Source: Candidatus Bathyarchaeia archaeon (GTDB lineage: Archaea; Thermoproteota; CALKCG01; B24). From it: a stretch of 64,000 nucleotides of DNA. The stretch spans positions 256,001 through 320,000 of the forward strand of contig JAVZJD010000001.1 of the NCBI GenBank assembly GCA_038870975.1, in the 5' to 3' direction. Of this stretch, positions 30,159-39,280 are shown piece after piece (position 1 is the stretch's first letter; each line of letters starts with the position of its first letter). The translations under genes and the position numbers were made by a program. The notes beneath the pieces were generated by a model. That model was not told the DNA's origin. It was given only the letters and a program-made list of their open reading frames with translations, and searched no databases.

Positions 30159-31501
30159 TCTTCAGAGAGGAATTTCGTACCCCAATATTCTAAGGCTTCT
30201 CTTAATTCAATGTGCTCTTTAGCGTATTCTTCCAATGGGATGCCTTCCATAAATGCTTCCATAGCCTGCAACATGGCTGTTGCACCGATTCTAGTCCCCT
30301 TAGGATGCCCGTGAATTCCACCTCCAGCGTTCAACTGAATATCTGGAGAGCCTAACAGTTGTAGGTTTATCGGGACTAGGGCTGGATGTATTCCGCCTGA
30401 GGCGACGGGCAATACTGGTTTAAGATCATACCAATTGCTTCTTAGGAAGTCATTTATGTAACGGATCCCAGCAATGCCGGAGAATTTTTCAAACTGTTTC
30501 AAAGTGCCGCTACCAGGCTTTTCCATTTTACCTTTAGCTGTTCCAGTATGTAGCTGATCTCCACCAGCCAGCCTAACTAGTTTAGCCAATACAAGCATAT
30601 GAATACCGTGATCTGGGGTTCTAGTCATAGCAGCATGTAAACATCTATGAACATGAATTGGAACTTTAACAGAGGGGTCTTCTGCAAGCGCTCTTAAAAT
30701 GGGATAACCTGTGCAAAGTACGTCAACCATTATACAATTAGCACCATTATCAAGCGCTGTTTCAACGTTTTTCCATAGCATATCTAAATCCGCCGTAACG
30801 TCGACTGCGTACAGTACCGTTCTACCAGTTTCCTCTTTAACCTTATCGAGCATATCCATTACGTGTGAGACCCTCTCCTCCAAACGATTAAACTTTTGAC
30901 TTGTAAGCGTTTCATCGTCTTTTATAAAGTCAACGCCACCTATCGCCGCCTCATAAGCCACTTTAGCAGTTTCTTCGGGGCTAAGCCCTACTTTAGGCTT
31001 AATTATCGTACCTAGGTGGGGTCTTGGATTTCTATTAGTACCAATTATCTTCCTAACGCCTTCTATGCCAAACTTTGGTCCTTTAAACATCTTAACGTAC
31101 TGCTTGGGTAAATTCACATCCAGTAGTCTTACGCTTTTCAAAGCACCTATTCCGAAAAGGTTGCCAGCTATTATTGAAAGCATATGTGAAATCCCAGCTT
31201 CCAAATCGAATAGGTCCAGAGGGAAGGCTACTTGCACCAGCCCTCCGCCGTTCAACTTATCCACGTGAAATACTTTACCCGCCAGCTTCAACACTCTATC
31301 GGTTATTGTTACAACTTTAGTCCATGTTCCTATCGACTGTTCAGCCGCAAGGTTTATTGCAGCGCCTTGAAGGTTGACTCCTTCCTTTGGAGTCATATAG
31401 TATAGACATGTAACATAACGGTCTGGGTCTATCTCTTCAACACTAGCTGTAAACGTCTTTATCCAAAATTCCTCTTCAAACCACTCCTTTAGCGCACTCA
31501 T
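30155..31501 (-). CDS. rbcL: RuBisCO large subunit, form III-like, with loop-6 insertion
   Basis: AEQSIGTW, GNLFG, IKPK, KDDE, HVHR, LHTGT..GKME, ASGG, GGG.HGHP: catalytic residues retained. Confidence 0.88.
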   Translation of the reverse strand: MSALKEWFEEEFWIKTFTASVEEIDPDRYVTCLYYMTPKEGVNLQGAAINLAAEQSIGTWTKVVTITDRVLKLAGKVFHVDKLNGGGLVQVAFPLDLFDLEAGISHMLSIIAGNLFGIGALKSVRLLDVNLPKQYVKMFKGPKFGIEGVRKIIGTNRNPRPHLGTIIKPKVGLSPEETAKVAYEAAIGGVDFIKDDETLTSQKFNRLEERVSHVMDMLDKVKEETGRTVLYAVDVTADLDMLWKNVETALDNGANCIMVDVLCTGYPILRALAEDPSVKVPIHVHRCLHAAMTRTPDHGIHMLVLAKLVRLAGGDQLHTGTAKGKMEKPGSGTLKQFEKFSGIAGIRYINDFLRSNWYDLKPVLPVASGGIHPALVPINLQLLGSPDIQLNAGGGIHGHPKGTRIGATAMLQAMEAFMEGIPLEEYAKEHIELREALEYWGTKFLSEE

Positions 31502-31861
31502 GAAAAATAGACACCCATTTAAGAGTCAGAATAGTTGAAAATAAAAACCTAATTGTTCATTTCCATTACACAGTCCTTGCTGCAAACAGTTGAGTTTATT
31601 AGAAGTATCCCCATGATTGATTCTTCCATAGTTGCAGGAATATGCCAACTTTATCCAATTTAAGACGATATAACATTGCCTTTGGTTTAAGATTAAATGC
31701 TGAATACAGTGTCTAAATGCTTGTGTAAGATCGGTCTTGAGTATGTATTGTCAAACGATAACCTAGAGTCATTCAGAATACGTATGAAGATGTAGATTTT
31801 ACTGAAGGAAAGGAAAATGATTAATTTTTAAACAGAGACAACTATTTAGAGGAGTTTAACT

Positions 31862-33310
31862 ATGAGGTATTTCTTAGGTTTAGATATAGGTACTAAAAAT
31901 ATTAAAGCAGCCATTTTGAATGACGAAGGCAAAGTAGAAGAAGATGCTTTAACACCAGTTTACGACCTTATACATCAGCCCAGAGATGGGTTCGTGGAGC
32001 GCGATCCTCTAGCGCTTTGGAAGAGAGTATGCGAAACTTTGAAGAAACTCAGGTTTAAGGATAAAGTTGAGGGGGTTTGCGTTGACGCTACAAGTGGTAC
32101 CATTGTACCGTTGGATGAAAAAGGTGTGCCACTACATCCGCTTATAATGTACAACGATAGTAGAGCTACGGTAGAAGCAGAAGAACTTAGGAAAAACAGT
32201 CCTAAGGCACGCGAATTCGAAAGTTTTCTTCCAATAACACCTCAGTTGGTTCTACCTAAAATAATGTGGATGAAGAAACACTATGAATTCTACAGGCGAG
32301 TCCATAAGATACTTCATGAGAGTGATTATATAGTCTACAAATTGACGGGGATATTTGCCTCCTCTAGCAATACTGCTGGAAAATCCCACGCGCTTTTAGA
32401 CAGTTTAAAGTATCTTGAAGAAGCATATGAAGATGTAGACGTCCCCGTCGATTTCATGCCTGAATTGAAGCCTATAGGTTCAATTGTAGGCCATGTGACG
32501 GAGAACGCTGCCTTGGAAACTGGTTTACCGAGTGGAATACCTGTAGTAAATGGAGTTACAGATGCTAGTGCTGGAGACATAACCTCAGGTGCTATAAAAG
32601 CTGGACAAGCAAATGCAACAATCGGTACGGCTTTAACTGTCCATGTGATTGTGGATAAACCTGTACCCGATGCACTTCAGAGGTTCTACTATAAGACTTA
32701 TGTCAATAACTTGTTTCTGGCTGGAGGATTTACAAATGCTGGGACAACTGCTTTAGATACTACGAGTAAACTTCTGGGTAAAAACCTCGCAGAGCTCACG
32801 GATATGGCTAGAAAAATCCCACCCGGCTGTGAAGGTTTAATTGCGTGCACGGAATGGTATGGTGTAAGAGTACCGAAAACCCATCCTAGTGTTAAAGGGT
32901 TTTTCATCGGACTTTCAGAAATTACTGCAAACCCAGGTGCCATCTTTAGAAGTATGCTGGAGGGGTCTGCTTTCGCGCTTAAGCTTATGCTGGATGCAGT
33001 AGAAGACGTGACGAAGGTTAAAGTATATGACCTTAGAGTGAGTGGAGGCGCCTCTAGGAATGATTTATTCATGGAGATAATAGCCGATGTTTCAGGTAAA
33101 GATGTTTATATAATTGAAGAGCCTGATTCAGCCATCGGTTCAGCCATATTAGCTATGTGGGGCTGCATGGGTGGAAGAATCGAAGAGGTCGTGAATAAGG
33201 TTGTTAAGATAAAAAAGCTTTTCAAGCCTACTGAAGAAAACACCGTGAAATATTCGAGGCTTCTAGATAAATATGTTCAATTAGTTGATGCTTTATCCGA
33301 GATACTATAG
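31862..33310 (+). CDS. FGGY carbohydrate kinase, ribulose-kinase-like subgroup
   Basis: GLDIGT, VDATSGT, MYNDSRA, GVTD, LEG.AF, SGGASRN. Confidence 0.88.
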   Translation: MRYFLGLDIGTKNIKAAILNDEGKVEEDALTPVYDLIHQPRDGFVERDPLALWKRVCETLKKLRFKDKVEGVCVDATSGTIVPLDEKGVPLHPLIMYNDSRATVEAEELRKNSPKAREFESFLPITPQLVLPKIMWMKKHYEFYRRVHKILHESDYIVYKLTGIFASSSNTAGKSHALLDSLKYLEEAYEDVDVPVDFMPELKPIGSIVGHVTENAALETGLPSGIPVVNGVTDASAGDITSGAIKAGQANATIGTALTVHVIVDKPVPDALQRFYYKTYVNNLFLAGGFTNAGTTALDTTSKLLGKNLAELTDMARKIPPGCEGLIACTEWYGVRVPKTHPSVKGFFIGLSEITANPGAIFRSMLEGSAFALKLMLDAVEDVTKVKVYDLRVSGGASRNDLFMEIIADVSGKDVYIIEEPDSAIGSAILAMWGCMGGRIEEVVNKVVKIKKLFKPTEENTVKYSRLLDKYVQLVDALSEIL

Positions 33311-33563
33311 CTTCAATTAATAAAGGTTTCTTGGTAAAACAGTAGACTTTAAAACAGATGTGAAAGTAGTTTCACGAGTTGTTCAGAAAAAGCTTAGACG
33401 TTTGGACAATATCTACTCGAATCGCTGCGCTATCCTTTAAACAAATGATGTTGACGTAGGTTATTGAACTTGATGCATATGTAGGCAGTCGTATGGAGTT
33501 TTCTGCTTCAATCTGCGATATGGAAAAGGTTTAAATTTAAGACTCTAGAGAATTAAACGATTC

Positions 33564-34232
33564 ATGTCGGTAAATCGTTTTAAACTGGTCGTCTTTGACC
33601 TAGATGGAACGTTGATCAGTGTAGATAGTATATGGCGTTTTCTACACGAGAAGTTGAACACATGGAGTAAAGCAAAACTATACGCTGAAATGTTCTACAG
33701 TGGTAAAATAGACTACGTGACTTGGGCGCGTTTAGACGTATCGTTATGGAGAGGTATACCGCTTAAACGCATCGAAGCCCTCACCTCGGAAATAGAATAT
33801 GTCGAGAACTCCCATGAGACCGTGAGCTGGTTCAAGAGAATGGGTTTTAAAGTGGGTGTTATAAGTGCTGGTTTATCTGTCTTAGCTGAGAGAGCCATGT
33901 TGGACTTTAATCTGGACTTCGCGGAAGCTAATAGGCTTACAGTTAGAAATGGACTTCTGACGGGTGAAGTAGAGGTTACAGTTGCTCATGGTGAGAAGGA
34001 TAAAGTACTCGACAACATTATACGTAGATTTGGAATTGAAAGGGAAGAGTGCATAGCTATTGGAGACGACGAGTCGAATATAAGCCTCTTTAAAGCCGTG
34101 GGACTAGGCATAGCTTTTAACCCCACGTCGCGAGAAGTTGCAGAAAACGCAGACATAGTGGTATATGGGAGGCTTTTAAATGTAGTTTCTAAAGTAGCAG
34201 ACCTCATTTCTCAGCGAGATATTAGAATTTAG
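33564..34232 (+). CDS. HAD phosphatase, phosphoserine phosphatase-like
   Basis: FDLDGTL, ISAG, ANRL....G.LTGEV, IGD, GLGIAFNP. Confidence 0.85.
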   Translation: MSVNRFKLVVFDLDGTLISVDSIWRFLHEKLNTWSKAKLYAEMFYSGKIDYVTWARLDVSLWRGIPLKRIEALTSEIEYVENSHETVSWFKRMGFKVGVISAGLSVLAERAMLDFNLDFAEANRLTVRNGLLTGEVEVTVAHGEKDKVLDNIIRRFGIEREECIAIGDDESNISLFKAVGLGIAFNPTSREVAENADIVVYGRLLNVVSKVADLISQRDIRI

Positions 34233-34290
34233 ATGTATCGAGTGAAGGCGTTTCATCGACCTCTATGCTTCTATGGGTTTCATCTCTCCT

Positions 34291-35550
34291 CTAAATCGTG
34301 TAGCAAACCCCTTTAACGGGTATAATTACGTTGAAGAAGCTCTTAAACATGCTTCTAAAGACCTCAGGATACTCTGTATGTACTGGGAATACCTTTAAAT
34401 CAGTCAATTCTTTAAGCGTTATTAAGCTTCTTCTCAGTTCCCAGGGGTATGCATGTCCTGAGGAGTGAATATGGTAGGCTTCAGCGCCCAAGAGGTTAAG
34501 CCAATTTTGAAGTCTTTTGAAGGCTATGAAAGTCTCTTCTTCGAACGGCTCGGAAGAACTTAATACGTATATGCTTCCAGGTGGAGGGGAGAGGTCTACG
34601 ACTTCTCTAAGATTGTAGAATGAAGTGCATAGAACGTACTCTGAAGGCTTCCTACGCAACTCTTCATCTGCATCTTCATAGTTTAAAACATCCCTACCTA
34701 TTTCAGGGACGTTTAAACCTTCAACCCCCTGTAAGGCTTCTAGAACAACCTTATGACGTTTAGTAATCACTATGTTCCTATTCAAAGTAGAAGCAACTTT
34801 ACATACGGTTCTTAGCCTATCTACATCTCCTGGGGACATGTCAATTATCGCTAAACTGTTGCATTCAGATAGAATTCTCACCATACTGTTTTCGACGTCC
34901 TTCTCCGACAGCGGCGAACTAAGTTGACCTATGTTCGTCCCTTCACAGATAACCGCTTTAACCTGTCGATCTAAAGCCAACTTGAAGACGTCGGTCTTAG
35001 GCTTGAAAACACCATGCGTTCTAAAATCTCCCACGTATAGTATTGAGCCGGAAGACGTTTCAACTATTAGAGAGTATGAGCCTGGAATACTATGGTCTAC
35101 CGCTTGAAATTCCACGGTTATAGAGTCTACGCTCACCCTATAACCTGAATGTACGGTTTTAAACTCTAAATGTTCAATCTTCTCAAACTTCCTCCTACGG
35201 CGTGTTTTAAGCTTAGAATCTATTATACGGTGTGAAACCTCGCCAGTATATACTTGAATATTTTCACTCGGTAGTGTTGTTATCATACCGTAGTGGTCGC
35301 CGTGGGGGTGCGTTAGGAAGCATGCATCTAAACCTTTCAAAACATCCATTTTGGGTATAAGCCCAACCATTTCAAGCTCTTTCACGTCTCTAGGCTCTGC
35401 AAACACGTACTCGAAGTAATCTCTCCAAAGTGAATAGTTTAACCCATAGTCGAGGAGTATTTTAGTAGATCCATCTTCAAGTAGGATTTGATTCCCACCT
35501 ATAACTCCTTCAACACCGCCGTAGAAGAACAGTTTAGCCAATTTAAACAC
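34291..35550 (-). CDS. MBL-fold beta-CASP hydrolase, RNase J-like
   Basis: IGGNQI, THPHGDH, DHSIPG, GDFR, CEGT, HSSGHA, PVHTE. Confidence 0.82.
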   Translation of the reverse strand: MFKLAKLFFYGGVEGVIGGNQILLEDGSTKILLDYGLNYSLWRDYFEYVFAEPRDVKELEMVGLIPKMDVLKGLDACFLTHPHGDHYGMITTLPSENIQVYTGEVSHRIIDSKLKTRRRRKFEKIEHLEFKTVHSGYRVSVDSITVEFQAVDHSIPGSYSLIVETSSGSILYVGDFRTHGVFKPKTDVFKLALDRQVKAVICEGTNIGQLSSPLSEKDVENSMVRILSECNSLAIIDMSPGDVDRLRTVCKVASTLNRNIVITKRHKVVLEALQGVEGLNVPEIGRDVLNYEDADEELRRKPSEYVLCTSFYNLREVVDLSPPPGSIYVLSSSEPFEEETFIAFKRLQNWLNLLGAEAYHIHSSGHAYPWELRRSLITLKELTDLKVFPVHTEYPEVFRSMFKSFFNVIIPVKGVCYTI

Positions 35551-35602
35551 GACTTTATGTAATTAGAGACTTAAAGTTTTGCTAAAAAATAATGGAAGTA
35601 TT

Positions 35603-36838
35603 TTACCTGCCGAGTTTTCCCAGTAGCTGGTATAAGAGTGAAGCTATTCTAACAGCTCCAGTTGAATCTCTCTGGTCGAATCCTGCTCTCTTAAGGCTCC
35701 TCATCTCAGGTGAGAACAGTGAAGATGGCGACTCGCGTTTGACTATGTCTACGTTACCCTTGTATAGTTTAACCCATATAGTGCCGTTTACGTGTTGTTC
35801 GCATGCATCTATGAATGCGTCTAAATCTCTTCTGAGAGGATGATACCACATAGCGTGGTAAACCATGTCAGCCCAAAGTCTATCAACTTCACTTTTAAGT
35901 CTAAGCTCTTCTTTAGTTAAAGTTAAGTGTTCTAAGTCTGCATGTGCCTTGAGGAGTATTGTGGCGGCTGGAGCTTCGTAAAGTTCTCTAGACTTTAAAC
36001 CTATTATTCCGTCCTCAAGTATATCTATACGTCCAACACCGTTCTCCCCACCAACCCTGTTAAGGTATAGGATTATTTCAACGGGGTCTTTAACGTCATC
36101 TACGCTAACTGGTACTCCGTTTTTAAACTCTACAACGACCTCTCTAGGTTTATCGGGAGCCTCTTCAGGTGGAATAGTCCATATATAGTCTTCAGGATAC
36201 TGAGACTCTAAATCTTCAACCTGCCCACTTCCTATTGAGTGGCTCCACATGTTTATATCGCCACCTAACCTTCCCTTCCTAGGTTTAGGCGTTATTCCAT
36301 ACTTTTTAAGATACTCTTCCTCTACTGCTCTTGTTAGATTAAGCTCTCTAACAGGCGCTATTACCGTTATTCCTGGGTCTAAGTACTTGGCTGTTATCTC
36401 CATTCTAAACTGGTCATTGCCCTTACCTGTACATCCGTGAGCCATGTATTTAGCACCATATTTTTTCGCAACTTCTACACACTTCGAAGATATGAGGACT
36501 CTAGTCATGGAAGTACCTATTGGATATCCCTGGTAGTTCCCATTAGCCTTGATACACCTGAAAATATACTCTTTTACAAATTCTTCTTTAGCGTCGAAGA
36601 ATATCGGGCTAAGATTGAGCTTTTCAGCTCTTTCAAAGGCCACTTGAATTTCTTCTTCCCCTTGGCCGACGTCTACAAGCACAGGTATGACTTCTTTAAA
36701 ACCATATACTTCTTTCAAAAGTATTGTTACGAGGGTTGAATCAAGGCCTCCGCTGTACGCTGAAACTACGGTTTCTCCATCATATCTTGCAGGAGGTTTT
36801 AACTCCAAAAAGCCCTCTCTCTTCTTTGAGAAAGTCAA
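35603..36838 (-). CDS. argG: Argininosuccinate synthase
   Basis: AYSGGLDS, HGCTGKGNDQFR, GVGRID..ED...GLKSRE.YEAP. Confidence 0.97.
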   Translation of the reverse strand: MTFSKKREGFLELKPPARYDGETVVSAYSGGLDSTLVTILLKEVYGFKEVIPVLVDVGQGEEEIQVAFERAEKLNLSPIFFDAKEEFVKEYIFRCIKANGNYQGYPIGTSMTRVLISSKCVEVAKKYGAKYMAHGCTGKGNDQFRMEITAKYLDPGITVIAPVRELNLTRAVEEEYLKKYGITPKPRKGRLGGDINMWSHSIGSGQVEDLESQYPEDYIWTIPPEEAPDKPREVVVEFKNGVPVSVDDVKDPVEIILYLNRVGGENGVGRIDILEDGIIGLKSRELYEAPAATILLKAHADLEHLTLTKEELRLKSEVDRLWADMVYHAMWYHPLRRDLDAFIDACEQHVNGTIWVKLYKGNVDIVKRESPSSLFSPEMRSLKRAGFDQRDSTGAVRIASLLYQLLGKLGR

Positions 36839-36955
36839 ATATAAAAATTTCGGTATGAAGTATGTGGAAAACTTATTGGTTGAAGCGATAGCATCTAACT
36901 TTTTCCAAATCTAAGCTATTATTTATAAACAGCAGAATAGGTTGAATAGATTCTG

Positions 36956-38464
36956 ATGAGTCAAGACATCTTAAGAAGAGGAAGACTGAAGGGGTTTAAA
37001 CCTCCTGAAGTAGACGCATATACGAGCTCTTTGGAAGCGGATAGGTGGCTCTTCAAGTCGGACATAATGGTTGACAAAGCTCACGTAATAATGCTCACAG
37101 AGCAAGGAGTGATTAAAGTAGAGGAGGGCTTGGCGATTCTTGAGACTCTTGAAGAGCTTGAACATTTGAGCTATGAAGAGCTTGTAAAAGGCCCGTTTGA
37201 AGACGTCCATGTAGCCATAGAGTCTAGAGTCATAGAGAGGCTTGGTGAAGATATTGGAGGTAAAATGCATACAGCTAGGTCTAGAAACGATGAAGTCGCG
37301 ACATGTTTAAGGTTGACGGTTAGGAGGCAGGTTATTGAAATACTTAGAGAACTTTTAAACCTGCTTAAAGTCATCTACGATAGAAGCCTAGGGGAATTGA
37401 ATACTATTATGCCAGGCTATACGCATACTCAACACGCTCAACCAGTCACTCTAGCACACCATCTTCTAGCCCATTTCGATGCGTTAGCTAGAGACTTTGA
37501 AAGACTGTTAGACGCCTATAAGAGGGTTAATAAGTCGCCGCTTGGCGCATGTGCTTTAGCAACTACTGGTTTTCCTATAAGTCGATTTAGAACTGCTGAA
37601 CTCTTAGGCTTTGATGGTCTTGTTGAAAACTCTATGGATGCTGTCTCTAGTAGAGACTTCATACTTGAAATACTGTCCGATATAGCCATACTGGCTACTG
37701 ATTTAAGCCGTATTGCTGAAGAGTTGGTCTTATGGAGTAGCTCAGAGTTTAAATTCGTAGAGCTCCCAGATGAGTATTCGTCAACTAGCAGCATTATGCC
37801 TCAGAAGAAGAACCCCGACACTATGGAGATAACTAGGGCTAAGGCTGGTAGAATATATGGAAATCTTATGAGTACTTTATCTATGCTTAAAGCCCTGCCT
37901 TTAACGTACAATAGGGATATGCAGGAGGTTACTCCTAGGCTTTGGGATTCCATTGAAACCGTTAAATACATGCTTAGAATAATGTCTGGAGCTTTAAAGG
38001 GGGCTGTTTTCAATAGGGAGGTGATGCGTAGAGCCGCTGATGAAGGCTTTTCAACGGCTACAGAGCTTGCAGATGTCCTTGTGAGGAAAAAAGGCTTGGC
38101 TTTTAGAACAGCACATATGATAGTTGGAGCATTAGTGCTTGAAGCTTTAAAAAGAGGGCTTAAACCCGGCGAAGTAGACAGTCGGCTTTTAAACGAGGTT
38201 TCAGAGAGGGTTTACGGTAAGCCCGCCGATTTAACAGATGAAGAGGTTAAGAATGCCTTAAACCCTGAAAAATTCATAAGTGCTAGGAGCATCATAGGTG
38301 GACCTAGCCCTAGTACGGTTGAAGAGGCGCTAAAACGTAGAGAGGAACTGCTGAGCATTTTAAAATGCAAAGTTGAATGTTTGGAAAATAGAGAAGTAGA
38401 GGTTGAAAGGAGTCTTAATAATGCTATAGCGTCTATTGGAAAGCAAGTAAGAGGCAAATCGTAG
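36956..38464 (+). CDS. argH: Argininosuccinate lyase
   Basis: HTARSRND, MPGYTHTQHAQP, SSIMPQKKNPD. Confidence 0.97.
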   Translation: MSQDILRRGRLKGFKPPEVDAYTSSLEADRWLFKSDIMVDKAHVIMLTEQGVIKVEEGLAILETLEELEHLSYEELVKGPFEDVHVAIESRVIERLGEDIGGKMHTARSRNDEVATCLRLTVRRQVIEILRELLNLLKVIYDRSLGELNTIMPGYTHTQHAQPVTLAHHLLAHFDALARDFERLLDAYKRVNKSPLGACALATTGFPISRFRTAELLGFDGLVENSMDAVSSRDFILEILSDIAILATDLSRIAEELVLWSSSEFKFVELPDEYSSTSSIMPQKKNPDTMEITRAKAGRIYGNLMSTLSMLKALPLTYNRDMQEVTPRLWDSIETVKYMLRIMSGALKGAVFNREVMRRAADEGFSTATELADVLVRKKGLAFRTAHMIVGALVLEALKRGLKPGEVDSRLLNEVSERVYGKPADLTDEEVKNALNPEKFISARSIIGGPSPSTVEEALKRREELLSILKCKVECLENREVEVERSLNNAIASIGKQVRGKS

Positions 38465-38592
38465 AGAAATCGTTCTCTAAGCTGTGGTTATAGTTTAAAA
38501 CAAAATTTTCCTCATGTATACACGTTTAAAAGATACAGTGTCATAGTGATGTAATGTAGAGATGCTACGTATTATCAGAGGGTGGAAATGCG

Positions 38593-39111
38593 TTGATTTT
38601 TGAAGAAATCGGTGTTCATAACTTTCCAAAAGTCCCAGAACCTTGCAGGTTTTGCCTCTACTGGCAGACGAGTGGCGGATTAAAAAGTGAACAGTGTAGA
38701 AGTAAAATAGAAGCTGAGAGATTAAAATGGCTTAGCGTAGTGGAGAAGACTTTTGGATGCTGTATTGAAATCCTACATGTTAGCGGTGCTACGGTAGGTT
38801 TTATGCAGTATGCACCAGCGGAGTATTTTCCACGTGTAAAGGATTATCCTTCAGGTCCTCCGAGCGAAGACTCAGTTTTCATCGCATGCCTCTACGTAGT
38901 AGACAGCAGTCAACGTAGGAGAGGATATGGAACAGCTATGCTTAGAAAGCTGTTGAAAGAGCTCACTTGTAGAGGCTTTAAAACTGTGGAAACTTTTGCG
39001 AGGATGGATAGTGAAAATAATCCATCTGGACCTTTAGACTTCTACTTGAAAAATGGGTTTGAAGTAGTACGTCAAAGAGACGACTTCCCCCTTATGCGTT
39101 TAAACCTCTAG
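38593..39111 (+). CDS. GNAT acetyltransferase with N-terminal CxxC
   Basis: CRFCLYW, IACLYV...RRRGYG, FYLKNGF. Confidence 0.8.
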   Translation: MIFEEIGVHNFPKVPEPCRFCLYWQTSGGLKSEQCRSKIEAERLKWLSVVEKTFGCCIEILHVSGATVGFMQYAPAEYFPRVKDYPSGPPSEDSVFIACLYVVDSSQRRRGYGTAMLRKLLKELTCRGFKTVETFARMDSENNPSGPLDFYLKNGFEVVRQRDDFPLMRLNL

Positions 39112-39190
39112 TTTTGTTGCTCCAACTGAGAAGGTTTTCAAAATTAAAATTAATAAACCCCTCTAGTACTTTTGAGTTTTTAGAGGCTGT

Positions 39191-39265
39191 GCGGCTGTGG
39201 TCTAGTCTGGTTAGGATTGGGGCCCTCCAAGCCTCAGATCGCGGGTTCAAATCCCGCCAGCCGCA
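39191..39265 (+). tRNA. tRNA-Gly(TCC), no intron, CCA not encoded; C instead of U at position 33
   Basis: Acceptor GCGGCTG/CAGCCGC, anticodon arm GGGGC-CCTCCAA-GCCTC, T arm GCGGG-TTCAAAT-CCCGC. Confidence 0.93.
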
Positions 39266-39280
39266 TTAAGCTTTATGTTT

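Noticed and set aside
30155-31501. Classifying the RuBisCO as a form IV RuBisCO-like protein
   Set aside because: Equivalents of E60, N123, K175, K177, K201, D203, E204, H294, R295, H327, K334 and S379 are all present; phylogeny is still needed
35603-38464. Divergent argG/argH arrangement
   Set aside because: Ordinary housekeeping genes; orientation alone is not informative
39221-39231. Reading the tRNA anticodon as CCA (Trp) to restore U33
   Set aside because: Shifting by one base destroys the anticodon stem, and the body resembles archaeal tRNA-Gly
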